Origin: an uncultured delta proteobacterium
GTDB lineage: Bacteria; Desulfobacterota; Desulfobaccia; Desulfobaccales; 0-14-0-80-60-11
Assembly: GCA_963812015.1 (NCBI GenBank)
Contig: CAWETI010000003.1
Coordinates: forward strand, 1,472,001-1,536,000
Length of the DNA: 64,000 nucleotides
Direction of reading: 5' to 3'
The position numbers and the translations under genes were made by a program. The notes under the pieces were generated by a model that worked only from the letters and a program-made list of their open reading frames with translations, had not been told where the DNA came from and did no database searches. Shown one piece after another: positions 48,203 through 58,693 of the stretch (position 1 is the stretch's first letter; every line of letters begins with the position of its first letter).

Positions 48203-48615
48203 GAAACGCCGTCTCAAGTGCAGTACAGGTATTGGGGGCCTGGCGGCACCCCTGCCAGGCTCGCAGGTTAAGACTGACTCGCATGGTTGATGAATCGGAA
48301 ACAAGTCTTAATCCCTTCCCCTGGTGGGATGGGATTAAGGGGCGGGGGAAGATAACTACTGGGAAGAACACTAGTTATTCACCCCCACTCCAACCCCTCC
48401 CTCAAGGGGCAGGAAATTAAGGACTTTTTCCGAGGTCATCAGGGTGCGAACAGGAAACCTTACCGGCAAGATCCGGTGAGCCGGGGAAAGCCGCAGCAGT
48501 ATCGTTAACCAAAGAGCACAATCCTGCAACTCTCTGGAGATCAGGTGTGCATGAGACCTAAAGAGCCGGAGGCAACCTTTCCGGATTTGGTTCAAACCAC
48601 AGGAGGGACCACCCC

Positions 48616-48720
48616 ATGAAGAATGAAGGCGCAAATGAGATGGTCTTGCAGACCATAGTGGCGCTGTTAGCAATGGGGTTGGCAGTATTAAGCCTCATGT
48701 GCATGGGGCGATGGGTTTAG
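48616..48720 (+). CDS. 34-aa single-TM peptide
   Basis: MKNEGANEMVLQTIVALLAMGLAVLSLMCMGRWV; AGGAGG RBS. Confidence 0.5.
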   Translation: MKNEGANEMVLQTIVALLAMGLAVLSLMCMGRWV

Positions 48721-48765
48721 GCCCAGGCTCCAGGAAAATACCTTTAAGAGAAAGGGGTAGGGAAG

Positions 48766-49332
48766 ATGCCCGTGGCCGGTTTTTGGACCGAAGCTGTCGG
48801 TTGGATGAGTTCCCGGGGTAATCTGCTCATACCCCTGGTACTCACCGTGTGGATCGCCTGGGGCGACATGAAGACCCGGCGGATACCCAACTATCTGACC
48901 TTAGGGACGGCGGTGGCCGGCCTGGCTTTTAACTTCATGAGCAATGGCCTTTTTGGCCTGGCGGACGGGTTTTTCGGGATGCTCCTGGGCTTCGCCTGTC
49001 TCATCCTGCCCTACCTCTGGGGCGGCATGGGGGCCGGAGACGTCAAGGCCCTGGCCGCCCTGGGGGCCTGGCTGGGTCCCCGGCTCACCTTGCTCCTGTT
49101 TTGCTACATGGGGATCGCCGGGGGAATCATTGCCGTGGGTTATTTGATCTGGCAAGGGGTCCTGTGGCAGAAAATCAAGCAGGGTTGGGTATTTCTGGTC
49201 AACCTGATCCTGTCGCGTCCCGACGGTCTGCCCCCGGCTCCATCTCCTTCCCAGTTAACCGAAGGGATCCCTTACGGGGTCGCCATCGCCGTGGGGATGA
49301 TAGTCCTGGTGGGGGTGGGAGGTAAGCTGTGA
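48766..49332 (+). CDS. cpaA: Prepilin peptidase CpaA/TadV (A24)
   Basis: GDMKTRRIPN, GMGAGDVK, IPYGVAI. Confidence 0.92.
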   Translation: MPVAGFWTEAVGWMSSRGNLLIPLVLTVWIAWGDMKTRRIPNYLTLGTAVAGLAFNFMSNGLFGLADGFFGMLLGFACLILPYLWGGMGAGDVKALAALGAWLGPRLTLLLFCYMGIAGGIIAVGYLIWQGVLWQKIKQGWVFLVNLILSRPDGLPPAPSPSQLTEGIPYGVAIAVGMIVLVGVGGKL

Positions 49333-49790
49333 TGCTTCAGAACCGTCTAAACTGGTCGAAACTGCGGAAGGATGAGGGGGCTGCGATGGTGGAATTCGCC
49401 ATCGCCTGCAGCCTCCTGATTATGCTGGTTTTGGGGATCTGCGAATTCGGTCTAATCTTTTACCAGAAACAAGTCATCACCAATGCCAGCCGGGAAGCGG
49501 CCCGCTACGGCGTGACCTATGTGACCGACGCTAACGGCGTCCGCCTGGCGCCACAGAATATTACGACTCCCTACACCATCACGCAGGTGGTCACCAATTA
49601 TTGTACCGGCCGCATCGCCACTGGCTCCTGGTCGACAGTGGTGTCGGGCGCCGGGTACGCCACCGGCACCCAAGGGAGCCCCATCATCGTCACGGTAACC
49701 TCCACGAACCAGATGGATCTCTTGAGCGGCTTTATCCCAAGTCTGAAGAATCTTTCGTTTACGGCCCAAACCACTATGAACTGTGAGTGA
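49329..49790 (+). CDS. tadE: TadE-like pseudopilin
   Basis: G|AAMVEFAI...ASREAARYG. Confidence 0.9.
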   Translation: MMLQNRLNWSKLRKDEGAAMVEFAIACSLLIMLVLGICEFGLIFYQKQVITNASREAARYGVTYVTDANGVRLAPQNITTPYTITQVVTNYCTGRIATGSWSTVVSGAGYATGTQGSPIIVTVTSTNQMDLLSGFIPSLKNLSFTAQTTMNCE

Positions 49791-50611
49791 CTGCCATGCA
49801 AATGAATCTGCCTAGAGGCACCATTTTTATCGTCGCAGCGGTGGCGGCAGGATTAGTAGCCACCTTTGCCATCCACCGATACGTGACCGTGAAGACCACG
49901 GTTCCGGTAGCGGCAACCCGCCAGGTCATCATTGCGGCCGGAGACATTTCTCCGGGCACGGCCATCTCCGGAGCGCAGGTCAAAGTCGTTTCCTGGCCCC
50001 AGGAAGTGATTCCCCCCAAATCCGCCTCCTCCACGCCAGAAGTTGAGGGCCGGGTGGTCATGGTGCCTATTCCTCAGGGCAACCCCATTCTCTTTTCCAT
50101 GCTGGCCCCGGAGGGCACGGCCGCCGGCTTGAGTGGCATCTTGACGGACGGAAAGCGGGCCCTCACCGTCAAAGTGGATGAAGTCGCCGGCGTGGCCGGC
50201 TTCATCCACCCCGGAGACCATGTGGATGTGCTGGTGGATCTGCAACTTGCCGAGGGAAACGAACACTTTTCCAAGACCATCCTGCACGATATCCTGATTT
50301 TGACCGCCGGGCAGATTTGGGAGCAAAAGGGCGACAGCAAACCCGTGGTGGTCAATACCGTCACCCTGGAGGTGACCCCGGAAGAGTCCGAGGTGCTCAA
50401 TCTGGCCAGCAACGAAGGCAAGATCCGGCTGGCCCTCAGAAACCGCAACAATAAGACCATCGCCCAAACTCCCGGCGTGACCACCTCATCTCTTACCGGT
50501 GGCGGTGGCGTCAAGAAACAGGAAAAAGAAAAGGTTGTCGTCCAACCTGTCCGGGCCGAGCGAAGCGTGGAGGTTATCAAGGGCTTGGACCGGACGGAGG
50601 CCAAGCTTTAG
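49787..50611 (+). CDS. cpaB: Flp pilus assembly protein CpaB/RcpC
   Basis: SAF domain, GVAGFIHPGDHVDV, VTLEVTP. Confidence 0.92.
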   Translation: MTAMQMNLPRGTIFIVAAVAAGLVATFAIHRYVTVKTTVPVAATRQVIIAAGDISPGTAISGAQVKVVSWPQEVIPPKSASSTPEVEGRVVMVPIPQGNPILFSMLAPEGTAAGLSGILTDGKRALTVKVDEVAGVAGFIHPGDHVDVLVDLQLAEGNEHFSKTILHDILILTAGQIWEQKGDSKPVVVNTVTLEVTPEESEVLNLASNEGKIRLALRNRNNKTIAQTPGVTTSSLTGGGGVKKQEKEKVVVQPVRAERSVEVIKGLDRTEAKL

Positions 50612-50705
50612 CAGGTAAGGGCGTCAGTGCCCGGCCCAGCCTGGGTGGCAACAGGTGTAATGTTCGGATGAATTAACCTAAGGTGTACGAGGAGGGATTA
50701 AGGAA

Positions 50706-52214
50706 ATGAGAACGATATCCAGTTTCATCAGAAAAACCGAAGGAGCGACGGCAGTTGTCATTGCCATCGGCATATTTACGTTCCTCGGGTTGGCAAGTCT
50801 GGCCATCGATGTGGGCCATCTCTACACCGTCCGCAATCAGCTGCAAAACTCGGCGGATGCGGTAGCCCTGGCTGGGGTTGAACAGCTGATCCAAGCAGAC
50901 TCAAACGGCGATGCCGTCGTAAATTCCACCCAGGCAACCGCGGCGGCTATGCAGGTGGCTCAGTCCCAGAGTCAACTGGATGGGTTGCCCACAGTGACGA
51001 ATGCGGCCCGCAATGATCTGACCTTAAATTTCGGCGTCTGGAATATCTATGCCGGCAACCCTAACACGGCCTGGACCCTGATCGGCCCCACCTGTACCAG
51101 CACCTCCAACGCCAATGCGCTGCAGGTCACCCTCACCCGAAACGCGGGAACGGTATTCGGCCCGGTGACCAACTTTTTTGCCCAGATCTTTGGCCTATCC
51201 AACTCGACCGTATCGGCCACCGCCACCGCCTATTTAGGCTATACCAATCAGGTGCAAACCGGCGCCATCCAGGTGCCCCTGGCCCTGCCAAGCACCGGGA
51301 CGGGCAGTCCTCTTGCCTCCAACGGCGACTCCGGCTGGTTTGCCCGTCTTTTCGGACCCAACCAGGCCGCGGCCACCACCACCAAGACGCTTATTTTTAA
51401 GGACACCGGCGGCGCCAAGGTCCCTACTACGGTGCCCACCAGTCCGGTCGCTAATCTCGACCCAAATCAAGGGTATTTTTATACCGTCAACTCCACTGAC
51501 ACGGTGCCCACTACCATCACGAACACCCTGGCAAAGATCTATACTCCCAGTTTAACTGCGCAAACTAATATTCCGGTGCTGGTGGGCGCCTTGACGGTGA
51601 ACCAGCAAGTCTATCCCCGCAGCGAGTATCCTTGGGGCGGCAGCTATATGGGGGCCATCTTCCAGAACTTGCAGAAGGCCTATTATTACAAGACCACCGG
51701 CAGCGCCACCACGGCGCCCGCCGCCGGCACCGCCTGGCATACCACTTTAGTGGTTCACACCCCCACGAGCACGGCTCCTCTGGCCCGGAAAGGGGGTTTC
51801 ATGTCCCTGGCCCGGCTGTTGGCCCCCTTCTGGGCATCGGAGGCCTACGCCTGTTCTACCCTAACCACTCCGACCATCAAGGTTGCCTCCGTTGTCAACG
51901 TGGCTATCACCGGCGTCACTTACAACAATACCTCCAGTGGCGATGGCACCAGTTATACTTTCCCTAAAACCATTGCTACTCCGGCGCCAGCCTCAGGCAC
52001 TACAACGTATACTAGCCTGAAGGACTACTTGACTCGTTATCCCAACAGCACCTGGAACCTCAACAGCGTGACCATCCAGAGTGTGACGGATACCGCCACC
52101 GTATCGCCTGCTGGTAGCGTTTCCGGAGGACCAGCAAATAACACAATCAATACAGGCGCCCCTGCCAATGTGGGGTCATTTGCCCGCACCGGCAAGTTGG
52201 TGAAGAATTGGTAG
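50706..52214 (+). CDS. tadG: TadG-like pilus-associated adhesin
   Basis: G|ATAVV...LAIDVGH...QLQNSADAVALAG; Thr-rich C-terminal region. Confidence 0.85.
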   Translation: MRTISSFIRKTEGATAVVIAIGIFTFLGLASLAIDVGHLYTVRNQLQNSADAVALAGVEQLIQADSNGDAVVNSTQATAAAMQVAQSQSQLDGLPTVTNAARNDLTLNFGVWNIYAGNPNTAWTLIGPTCTSTSNANALQVTLTRNAGTVFGPVTNFFAQIFGLSNSTVSATATAYLGYTNQVQTGAIQVPLALPSTGTGSPLASNGDSGWFARLFGPNQAAATTTKTLIFKDTGGAKVPTTVPTSPVANLDPNQGYFYTVNSTDTVPTTITNTLAKIYTPSLTAQTNIPVLVGALTVNQQVYPRSEYPWGGSYMGAIFQNLQKAYYYKTTGSATTAPAAGTAWHTTLVVHTPTSTAPLARKGGFMSLARLLAPFWASEAYACSTLTTPTIKVASVVNVAITGVTYNNTSSGDGTSYTFPKTIATPAPASGTTTYTSLKDYLTRYPNSTWNLNSVTIQSVTDTATVSPAGSVSGGPANNTINTGAPANVGSFARTGKLVKNW

Positions 52215-52276
52215 GACCGAACTAAAAACGGGTAAGCTGAGGATGAGAACAGGAATATATCGGCACCGGGGGGGAT

Positions 52277-53734
52277 ATGAAAGGGGAAAAAGCAACTTCA
52301 TTCCTGGGCACAATCTGCATCGTGGCCCTGACCCTGTTCAGCTTCACCTATCCGGCCCTGGGGGGGGATCTGTTGGATCGGGTGAAGAACCAGGAGATCG
52401 CCCAGGTAGTGCGTCTGCAGGTGGGGCACTCCAAGGTGTTGAAGACGCCGTTCAGCCTCACCCGCATCTCGGTGGCCGACCCGGACGTCGCCGATCTCAT
52501 CCTGATTAACGAGCGGGAGATCTATGTCAACGGTCTGGCCCCGGGGGTGACGAATATCACCATGTGGGGCAAGTCCCGCTTCACCTCCGCCACAGTCACG
52601 GTGGAGGCCGACCTGACCCTGTTGAAGGAGAAGCTCCACCAGATCCTGCCCAAGGAAAAGATCGGGGCCGAGGCCGCGGGTGAGTCCATCGTCCTGTCCG
52701 GGGAAGTTTCCGGGCCGGTGGCCCAGGACACCGCCCTGTCTCTGGCCATGCCTTATGCCGGCGGCAAGAAGGAAAAGGTGGTGAACCTGATGCACGTGGG
52801 CGGGGTGCAGCAGGTGATGCTGGAGGTCCGGGTGGCGGAGATCAACCGGGTGATCGCCGAGCAGATCGGGGTCAACTTCAACGCGGTGGCCCCCGGCGGC
52901 AATTTCGGCGTCAACCAGATCAACAGCCTGGCCCCCATCAGCAATCTGGTGCGCACCTTCACCGGGACCGCCGCCGCCCCGGGCACCACCTTCTCCCAGG
53001 GCCCCGGCAGCCTCATCACGGCCATGGGGGGCTGGACCGCGGCCGGCACCCTGTGGACCGTGTTTTTGGACCTCCTGAAGCAGCAGAACCTGGGCCGGGT
53101 GCTGGCGGAACCCAATCTGGTGACCACCAGCGGCCAGAAGGCCTCCTTCATCGCGGGGGGTGAGTTTCCCGTGCCGGTGCCCCAGAGCGGCATCGGCGGG
53201 GCGGCCACCATCACCATCGACTGGAAGAAGTTCGGGGTCCAGCTGGATTTCACCCCCGTGGTGCTGAACGACAGCAAGATCGCGGTGAAGGTGCATCCCA
53301 TCGTCAGCGAGCTGGATTATACCCTGGGGATTCAGTTGCAGGGCTTTACGGTGCCGGGGCTGACCACCCGGGAGATGGACACCCACATAGAGGTGCAAGA
53401 CGGCCAGACCTTCTCCATCGCCGGGCTGTTGTCGGACTATACCCGGAATGTCATCAACAAGTTTCCGGTGCTGGGGGATATCCCGGTCCTGGGGGTCCTG
53501 TTCCGCTCCACCAACTACCAGAAGAATGAAACGGAGTTGGTGGCCCTGGTGACCCCCCACCTGGTGAAGCCCATGGCGCCGGGGGCGGCCCGGTTGCCCA
53601 CGGATAAGTGGATCGATCCCAGTGAGGTTGACACCTACCTGCTGGGGCTGGAGCAGGGGCGGCAGAAGCCGGCCCCGCCCCCGGCGCCTGCGGCGTCGCT
53701 GCCGCCGGGATTCGGCCACCAGTCCCTGAATTAG
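52277..53734 (+). CDS. cpaC: Secretin RcpA/CpaC
   Basis: QVMLEVRVAE, LAEPNL, GGEFPVP, PVLGDIPVLG. Confidence 0.93.
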   Translation: MKGEKATSFLGTICIVALTLFSFTYPALGGDLLDRVKNQEIAQVVRLQVGHSKVLKTPFSLTRISVADPDVADLILINEREIYVNGLAPGVTNITMWGKSRFTSATVTVEADLTLLKEKLHQILPKEKIGAEAAGESIVLSGEVSGPVAQDTALSLAMPYAGGKKEKVVNLMHVGGVQQVMLEVRVAEINRVIAEQIGVNFNAVAPGGNFGVNQINSLAPISNLVRTFTGTAAAPGTTFSQGPGSLITAMGGWTAAGTLWTVFLDLLKQQNLGRVLAEPNLVTTSGQKASFIAGGEFPVPVPQSGIGGAATITIDWKKFGVQLDFTPVVLNDSKIAVKVHPIVSELDYTLGIQLQGFTVPGLTTREMDTHIEVQDGQTFSIAGLLSDYTRNVINKFPVLGDIPVLGVLFRSTNYQKNETELVALVTPHLVKPMAPGAARLPTDKWIDPSEVDTYLLGLEQGRQKPAPPPAPAASLPPGFGHQSLN

Positions 53735-53758
53735 GCGCCCGGCGCCGGAGAGAGAGCC

Positions 53759-54049
53759 ATGTTCAACCGTAAGACTGACATCCCCAAGACCTGGAGGCGC
53801 CTGGCGCTGTTGGGGATAGCGCTGCTGCTGCTGGCCGGGTGCTACCCGCCCAGCGCCGTGGAGATGGATTACGGCAATTCGGTGCGGAACAACATCGCTC
53901 AGCAAGTGGTGAACCCCCAGGCCGGCTTCGACCCGAAGCCCGCGGTGGGGCTGTCGCCCCAGGCCGCGGCCAACGAACTCGAGAAATACGACAAGAGCTT
54001 TAAGGGCGAAGATAAGAAGGCCCTGGAAATGAAGCTGTTAAATCAATGA
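53759..54049 (+). CDS. Tad-associated small lipoprotein
   Basis: LAGC lipobox, YGNSVRNNIAQQVVNP. Confidence 0.8.
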   Translation: MFNRKTDIPKTWRRLALLGIALLLLAGCYPPSAVEMDYGNSVRNNIAQQVVNPQAGFDPKPAVGLSPQAAANELEKYDKSFKGEDKKALEMKLLNQ

Positions 54050-54083
54050 GCTGCACGAGCCGCAACAACAGGGGGACCGAGGC

Positions 54084-55280
54084 GTGAATCTTGACCAGCT
54101 AACCATTTCAGTGCTCTTTGGGACCGGGGTCCAGCGTCCGGAAATTCGGGCAGTCCTGGACAAGCTCCCGCAACTGAAGGTTGTGGACCAAACCTCCAAT
54201 CCCCAGAGCTTCACCAGTCAGCATCATGATAGTGCTCCCGATGTGGTCCTGGTGGAAATGAATGGGGAGAGTCAAGTTCCCGAGTGGCTGGCGAATCTCC
54301 CCCAGGAGATGCCTAACACTCAGGTCTTGGTTTGTTCCTATAACCGGGAGCCGGATTTTTTGATCCGGGCCATGCAAGTGGGAATTCGGGAATTTTTACC
54401 CCTCCCCCTGGTGCAATCGGAACTGGAAGCCGCCCTGAAACGGGTGTCGGGGGCCCAAAGGCGGCTCCAGCCCGTCACAAATGACCGACAGGGACGGATC
54501 ATCGTGGTTACCGGCCACAAGGGCGGGGTGGGGAGTACCACGGTCGCAGTCAACCTGGCGGAGGCCCTGGCAGAAGGGTCCAGCGAAAGGTTGGCCCTGG
54601 TAGACCTGGGGCGGCCGTTCCCCGATGTGGGCACCTTCCTGGATCATGAATCGGATTATTCCATCGTAGACCTGATGCAGAATGTGGCCACCCTGGATAG
54701 CGCTTATATCCAGAGGATCATGCAGCCTTATGGCACCAAATTGTCAGTTTTGCACGGGGTCTCAGACTTCAGGGACCAGGAAAATTTTGATCTGGAGAGC
54801 CTGGAACGGATCTTTGGCATCTTGCGGCAAATGTATAAATTTATCGTGGTGGATCTCAGTCATTGGTTGGACGAAATCTTCCTAAAGGTGCTGATTGATG
54901 CCGATCTCGTGGTGATGCTCACCGGGTTTACTATTCCGGATCTACGGAACTTGAAAAAACTCTGGCCCCATATCAGAGAGTGGCAGCAGGACCAGCGAAA
55001 AATCAAGATCGTGGTGAACCGGTATGATAACAGCAGTGGCTTGCAATTGCGGGACCTGGAACACATCCTGAAGCAGCCCGCCTTCTTTACCTTACCCAAC
55101 GACTATTCGGCCATGATGCAATGCCTGAACCAGGGGAGCGGCCTGAGCAGTGCCGCGCCGCGCTCCAAGCTCTGGCGGAGCATCAAAGAAATGGCATCTC
55201 AAATTTTAATGGAAATCAGCGCCGATGAGTACGGGGATGAGGTTGCGGCCACAACCCGGAAACGGTTCTGGATATTTTAA
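54084..55280 (+). CDS. cpaE: CpaE/TadZ (REC-like + MinD-like ATPase)
   Basis: AMQVGIREFL, KGGVGSTTVAVNLA. Confidence 0.9.
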   Translation: MNLDQLTISVLFGTGVQRPEIRAVLDKLPQLKVVDQTSNPQSFTSQHHDSAPDVVLVEMNGESQVPEWLANLPQEMPNTQVLVCSYNREPDFLIRAMQVGIREFLPLPLVQSELEAALKRVSGAQRRLQPVTNDRQGRIIVVTGHKGGVGSTTVAVNLAEALAEGSSERLALVDLGRPFPDVGTFLDHESDYSIVDLMQNVATLDSAYIQRIMQPYGTKLSVLHGVSDFRDQENFDLESLERIFGILRQMYKFIVVDLSHWLDEIFLKVLIDADLVVMLTGFTIPDLRNLKKLWPHIREWQQDQRKIKIVVNRYDNSSGLQLRDLEHILKQPAFFTLPNDYSAMMQCLNQGSGLSSAAPRSKLWRSIKEMASQILMEISADEYGDEVAATTRKRFWIF

Positions 55281-55293
55281 AAGGGGCATCTAA

Positions 55294-56700
55294 GTGAGTT
55301 GGCTGGAATATAACAAAAAAATAAAAAAGCCCTTGAAGGGGCCTAAACCCGCCCCCCAGGAGCCCCAGGCGCCCCAGGCGCTCGTGGTCGTGCCGCCGCG
55401 GCCAGATGACGGGCGCGAAAACCGTCTCTATGAAGTCAAAAGACGGATTCATCATCTTCTGTTAGAGCGGTTGGACCTCAGCCAGTTAGAGGAACTGGAT
55501 GAGAAAACCAGGGCCGCAGAAATCCGGCAGGCCTTGGGCCTGCTTCTCAATGAAGAAAAAGAACCCCTGAATATGAGGGAGAGGGCTCGGTTAGCCCGGG
55601 AGATGGAATTCGAAATCCTGGGCTTGGGACCTCTGGAACCTCTGCTGTTGGACCCCGCCATTTCAGATATTCTGGTCAACCGTTTTAATCAGGTTTACAT
55701 CGAACGAAAAGGCCGTCTGGAACTGACGGACGTGCGTTTTCAGGATAATGAGCATCTCTTAAAGATCATCAATAAGATAGTCAGCAACGTGGGCCGTCGG
55801 ATAGACGAATCCGTCCCCATGGTTGATGCCCGGTTGCCGGATGGCTCCCGGGTCAACGCCATTATTTCTCCTCTGGCCCTCGATGGGCCCATGCTTTCCA
55901 TCCGCCGGTTTTCGGTACAACGTCCCAGCCTGGAAGACCTCATCGAAAAAGGCAGCCTAACCGCAGAGATCGCCGAAGTCATCAAGGCCATCGCGGTGGG
56001 CCGATTGAATATTCTTATCTCCGGAGGTACGGGGGCCGGCAAAACCACCCTGCTCAATATCCTCTCGGGTTACATCCCCCCCACCGAGCGCATCATCACG
56101 ATCGAGGATTCCGCCGAACTGCAATTGCAGCAGGAGCACGTCTGCCGGCTGGAAACGCGACCCCCCAACATCGAGGGCAAGGGGGAGGTAACCCAGCGAG
56201 AATTGGTGCGGAACTGCTTGAGAATGAGGCCGGATCGGGTCATCGTGGGTGAAGTCCGGGGCGCTGAAGTCATTGACATGCTTCAGGCCATGAATACCGG
56301 GCATGAAGGGTCCATGACCACCGTCCACGCCAACACGGCCCGAGATGCACTGCTGCGCCTGGAAACCATGATTTCCCTTTCCGGAGTCACCATCCAGGAA
56401 AAGGCCATGCGGCAAATGATTAGTTCTTCTCTAGATATAGTCATTCAATTGGTCAGGCACAGTGATGGGGTCAGACGCATGATTGCTCTTGCCGAAATAA
56501 CCGGGATGGAGAGCGGCGTCATCAGTATGCAGGATATTTTTGTGTTTGAGCGGCATGGGATTGATGAACAAGGCAGAGTCTTGGGGCGGTTTGCCCCCAC
56601 CGGGGTGCGGCCCCGCTTCGTCGAGCGCTGCCGGCTCTTTGGCGTACCTTTGCCAGATGGCATTTTTATGCCGCCGGAGCGACCCTTTAAAGTTAAATAG
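55294..56700 (+). CDS. cpaF: CpaF/TadA assembly ATPase
   Basis: [30 protein letters not shown]. Confidence 0.95.
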   Translation: MSWLEYNKKIKKPLKGPKPAPQEPQAPQALVVVPPRPDDGRENRLYEVKRRIHHLLLERLDLSQLEELDEKTRAAEIRQALGLLLNEEKEPLNMRERARLAREMEFEILGLGPLEPLLLDPAISDILVNRFNQVYIERKGRLELTDVRFQDNEHLLKIINKIVSNVGRRIDESVPMVDARLPDGSRVNAIISPLALDGPMLSIRRFSVQRPSLEDLIEKGSLTAEIAEVIKAIAVGRLNILISGGTGAGKTTLLNILSGYIPPTERIITIEDSAELQLQQEHVCRLETRPPNIEGKGEVTQRELVRNCLRMRPDRVIVGEVRGAEVIDMLQAMNTGHEGSMTTVHANTARDALLRLETMISLSGVTIQEKAMRQMISSSLDIVIQLVRHSDGVRRMIALAEITGMESGVISMQDIFVFERHGIDEQGRVLGRFAPTGVRPRFVERCRLFGVPLPDGIFMPPERPFKVK

Positions 56701-56729
56701 GCTATGCGTCCCGGGGGGAGACGAAAAAT

Positions 56730-57734
56730 ATGGATTTCCCGAAAAGCTACGATCTGGCCGGCATGGACCTCCCTTATGCACTGGGTCTGGTGGGGATCTT
56801 TGTAGGGGTGTGTCTTTTAATCACCGGCATTAATTATTATGTGTTGGAGCCCATCCGCCAGCGACACCTCATCAATCAGCGCATCAGGGGGAACAAACGG
56901 GAACAACAAGTTCGAGCCCAGGTTTTTAAGTCCTTTCAGGAGGCCACGCACAGCCCAGTCTTGAACCTGGCCGAGCGCTTATTCGGCTGGGGCAAGGTGG
57001 ATAATCTCCAACGCCATTTGTTCCAGGGGGATATTTACCTGTCTCCCCATGCCTTTATCAGTATCGTCATAATCCTCGCAGTCTTGGGTTTTATGATCGG
57101 CTGGTTGGCGGGAGCTCTCATGTGGTCCCTGGGGTTATCTCTGGCGCTGGGCATGCTTCCCATAATTTTCCTGCGGTGGAAGCGGAACCGGAAGACCTTG
57201 CAGATCGAGCGATACATGCCCGACGCCATGGAGTTGCTGGCCAGGTCTCTCAGGGCCGGCCATACCTTGTCGGGCACCCTGGAACTGGCGGGGCAGGAGG
57301 TTCCCAAACCCCTGGGGACCGAGATGCGCATAACTTACGAAGAACAGCGCCTGGGCTTGAGCATGGGGCAGGCTTTCCGACGCATGGGGGAACGGGTTGC
57401 CAGCCGGGATCTGCAGTTTTTTATCACCGCAGTATTAATCCAGGCGGAAACCGGGGGAAATCTGTCGGAAATTCTCGACAATATTGGGACCATTATCCGG
57501 GACCGTCTCAAGTTGAAGGGGAAAGTGCAGAGCCTTACCGCCGAGGGACGTTTCTCGGCATTGATTTTGAGCCTCTTACCGTTTGCCACCTTCATCGTCT
57601 TTTATTTCATGAACCGCGAATATGTCATGACGTTGTTCAAAGACCCTATGGGGCTCAATTTATTGACCGGCGCCATCATCAGTATCAGCATCGGGATCCT
57701 GGTCATGAAAAAAATGGTAAAATTGGACGTCTAG
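56730..57734 (+). CDS. tadB: TadB inner-membrane platform protein
   Basis: ARSLRAGH, ETGGNLSE, TAEGR. Confidence 0.92.
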   Translation: MDFPKSYDLAGMDLPYALGLVGIFVGVCLLITGINYYVLEPIRQRHLINQRIRGNKREQQVRAQVFKSFQEATHSPVLNLAERLFGWGKVDNLQRHLFQGDIYLSPHAFISIVIILAVLGFMIGWLAGALMWSLGLSLALGMLPIIFLRWKRNRKTLQIERYMPDAMELLARSLRAGHTLSGTLELAGQEVPKPLGTEMRITYEEQRLGLSMGQAFRRMGERVASRDLQFFITAVLIQAETGGNLSEILDNIGTIIRDRLKLKGKVQSLTAEGRFSALILSLLPFATFIVFYFMNREYVMTLFKDPMGLNLLTGAIISISIGILVMKKMVKLDV

Positions 57735-57745
57735 AGGAGGAGAGG

Positions 57746-58675
57746 ATGACAGGACTTGTCTGGGTCATAGCTCTGGCTACTTTTGCCACGGTTGCTTTCC
57801 TGACTTACGGCTTCCTCAGCTATTTAAACAATCGGAAGTTGGTGCGGGACCGCTTCAGAACGGGTTCAACCAGCACGATGTCATTAGTTTACCGGGACGA
57901 AGGGAGTAACTTTAAAAAACAATTTTTGGACTGGGTGTCATCGCTTGGCACCTTTGCCGGAGATGCCAAAGAAGATACCTCCAAGCTTCGCCTGTCTTTG
58001 ATCCAGGCGGGGTATCGCCATCCCAAAGCGACGACCATTTTTTTCGGGCTCCGAGTTTTATTAGCTGGGCTGCTGCCGCTGATTTATCTGCTGGCCAATG
58101 TGATGAGCGGAGTATTGACCAGAGGTAATCTCATGTTTTGCTTCATGATAGCCGGGGCAGGATTCTATGGTTTGCCCTATGGGTTGAAGATCATTATCAA
58201 CCGTCGCCAAGATCGCTTGGATAAAGCCCTTCCGGATGTTTTAGACCTGCTCATCGTCTGCATGGAGGCAGGCCTATCCCTCCAAGGTACCATCAATCGC
58301 GTGTCAGATGAAGTGATGAGCATCTCCAAAGATCTGTATAAAGAATTACAGCTTACCAATGCCGAGTTGCGCACCGGGATCAACCGCGAGGTGGCGCTGA
58401 GAAATCTGGGCGAGCGTACCGGGGTGCAAAATGTCAAAGCCCTGGTGGGGCTGATGATCCAATCGGATAAAATGGGCGCCAGTATCGTCCAATCCCTGCG
58501 TACCCACGCCGATTTTCTCCGGGTCCAGCGATCTCAGAGGGCTGAAGAAAGGGCCGCCAAATTGCCGGTAAAGATCTTGTTCCCCATGCTCCTGTTTATT
58601 TTCCCAGCCATCTTTGTGGTGGTCATAGGCCCCGCAGTCGTCCAGATGTCCCATAACTCCTTTTTTGGAAAATAA
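57746..58675 (+). CDS. tadC: TadC inner-membrane platform protein
   Basis: LPDVLDLL..CMEAG, AEERAAKLPVK; start set at ATG 57746 after GAGGAGGAG. Confidence 0.92.
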   Translation: MTGLVWVIALATFATVAFLTYGFLSYLNNRKLVRDRFRTGSTSTMSLVYRDEGSNFKKQFLDWVSSLGTFAGDAKEDTSKLRLSLIQAGYRHPKATTIFFGLRVLLAGLLPLIYLLANVMSGVLTRGNLMFCFMIAGAGFYGLPYGLKIIINRRQDRLDKALPDVLDLLIVCMEAGLSLQGTINRVSDEVMSISKDLYKELQLTNAELRTGINREVALRNLGERTGVQNVKALVGLMIQSDKMGASIVQSLRTHADFLRVQRSQRAEERAAKLPVKILFPMLLFIFPAIFVVVIGPAVVQMSHNSFFGK

Positions 58676-58693
58676 ACTCGGAGGAACCAGGCG

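Noticed and set aside
48455..48585. c-di-GMP-I (GEMM) riboswitch
   Set aside because: GGCAAG...GGAAAGCC resembles the motif, but the GNRA-capped P2 stem and the GACG/P3 elements do not pair canonically; kept only as an unnamed structured region.
52298..53905. Long antisense or overlapping ORFs (also 40460-41554, 41756-43027, 24127-25104, 31326-32285)
   Set aside because: Shadow frames of GC-rich genes with clear family motifs in another frame; no motifs of their own.
57122..57745. N-terminal extension of TadC
   Set aside because: Overlaps tadB out of frame; a strong RBS and ATG occur at 57746.
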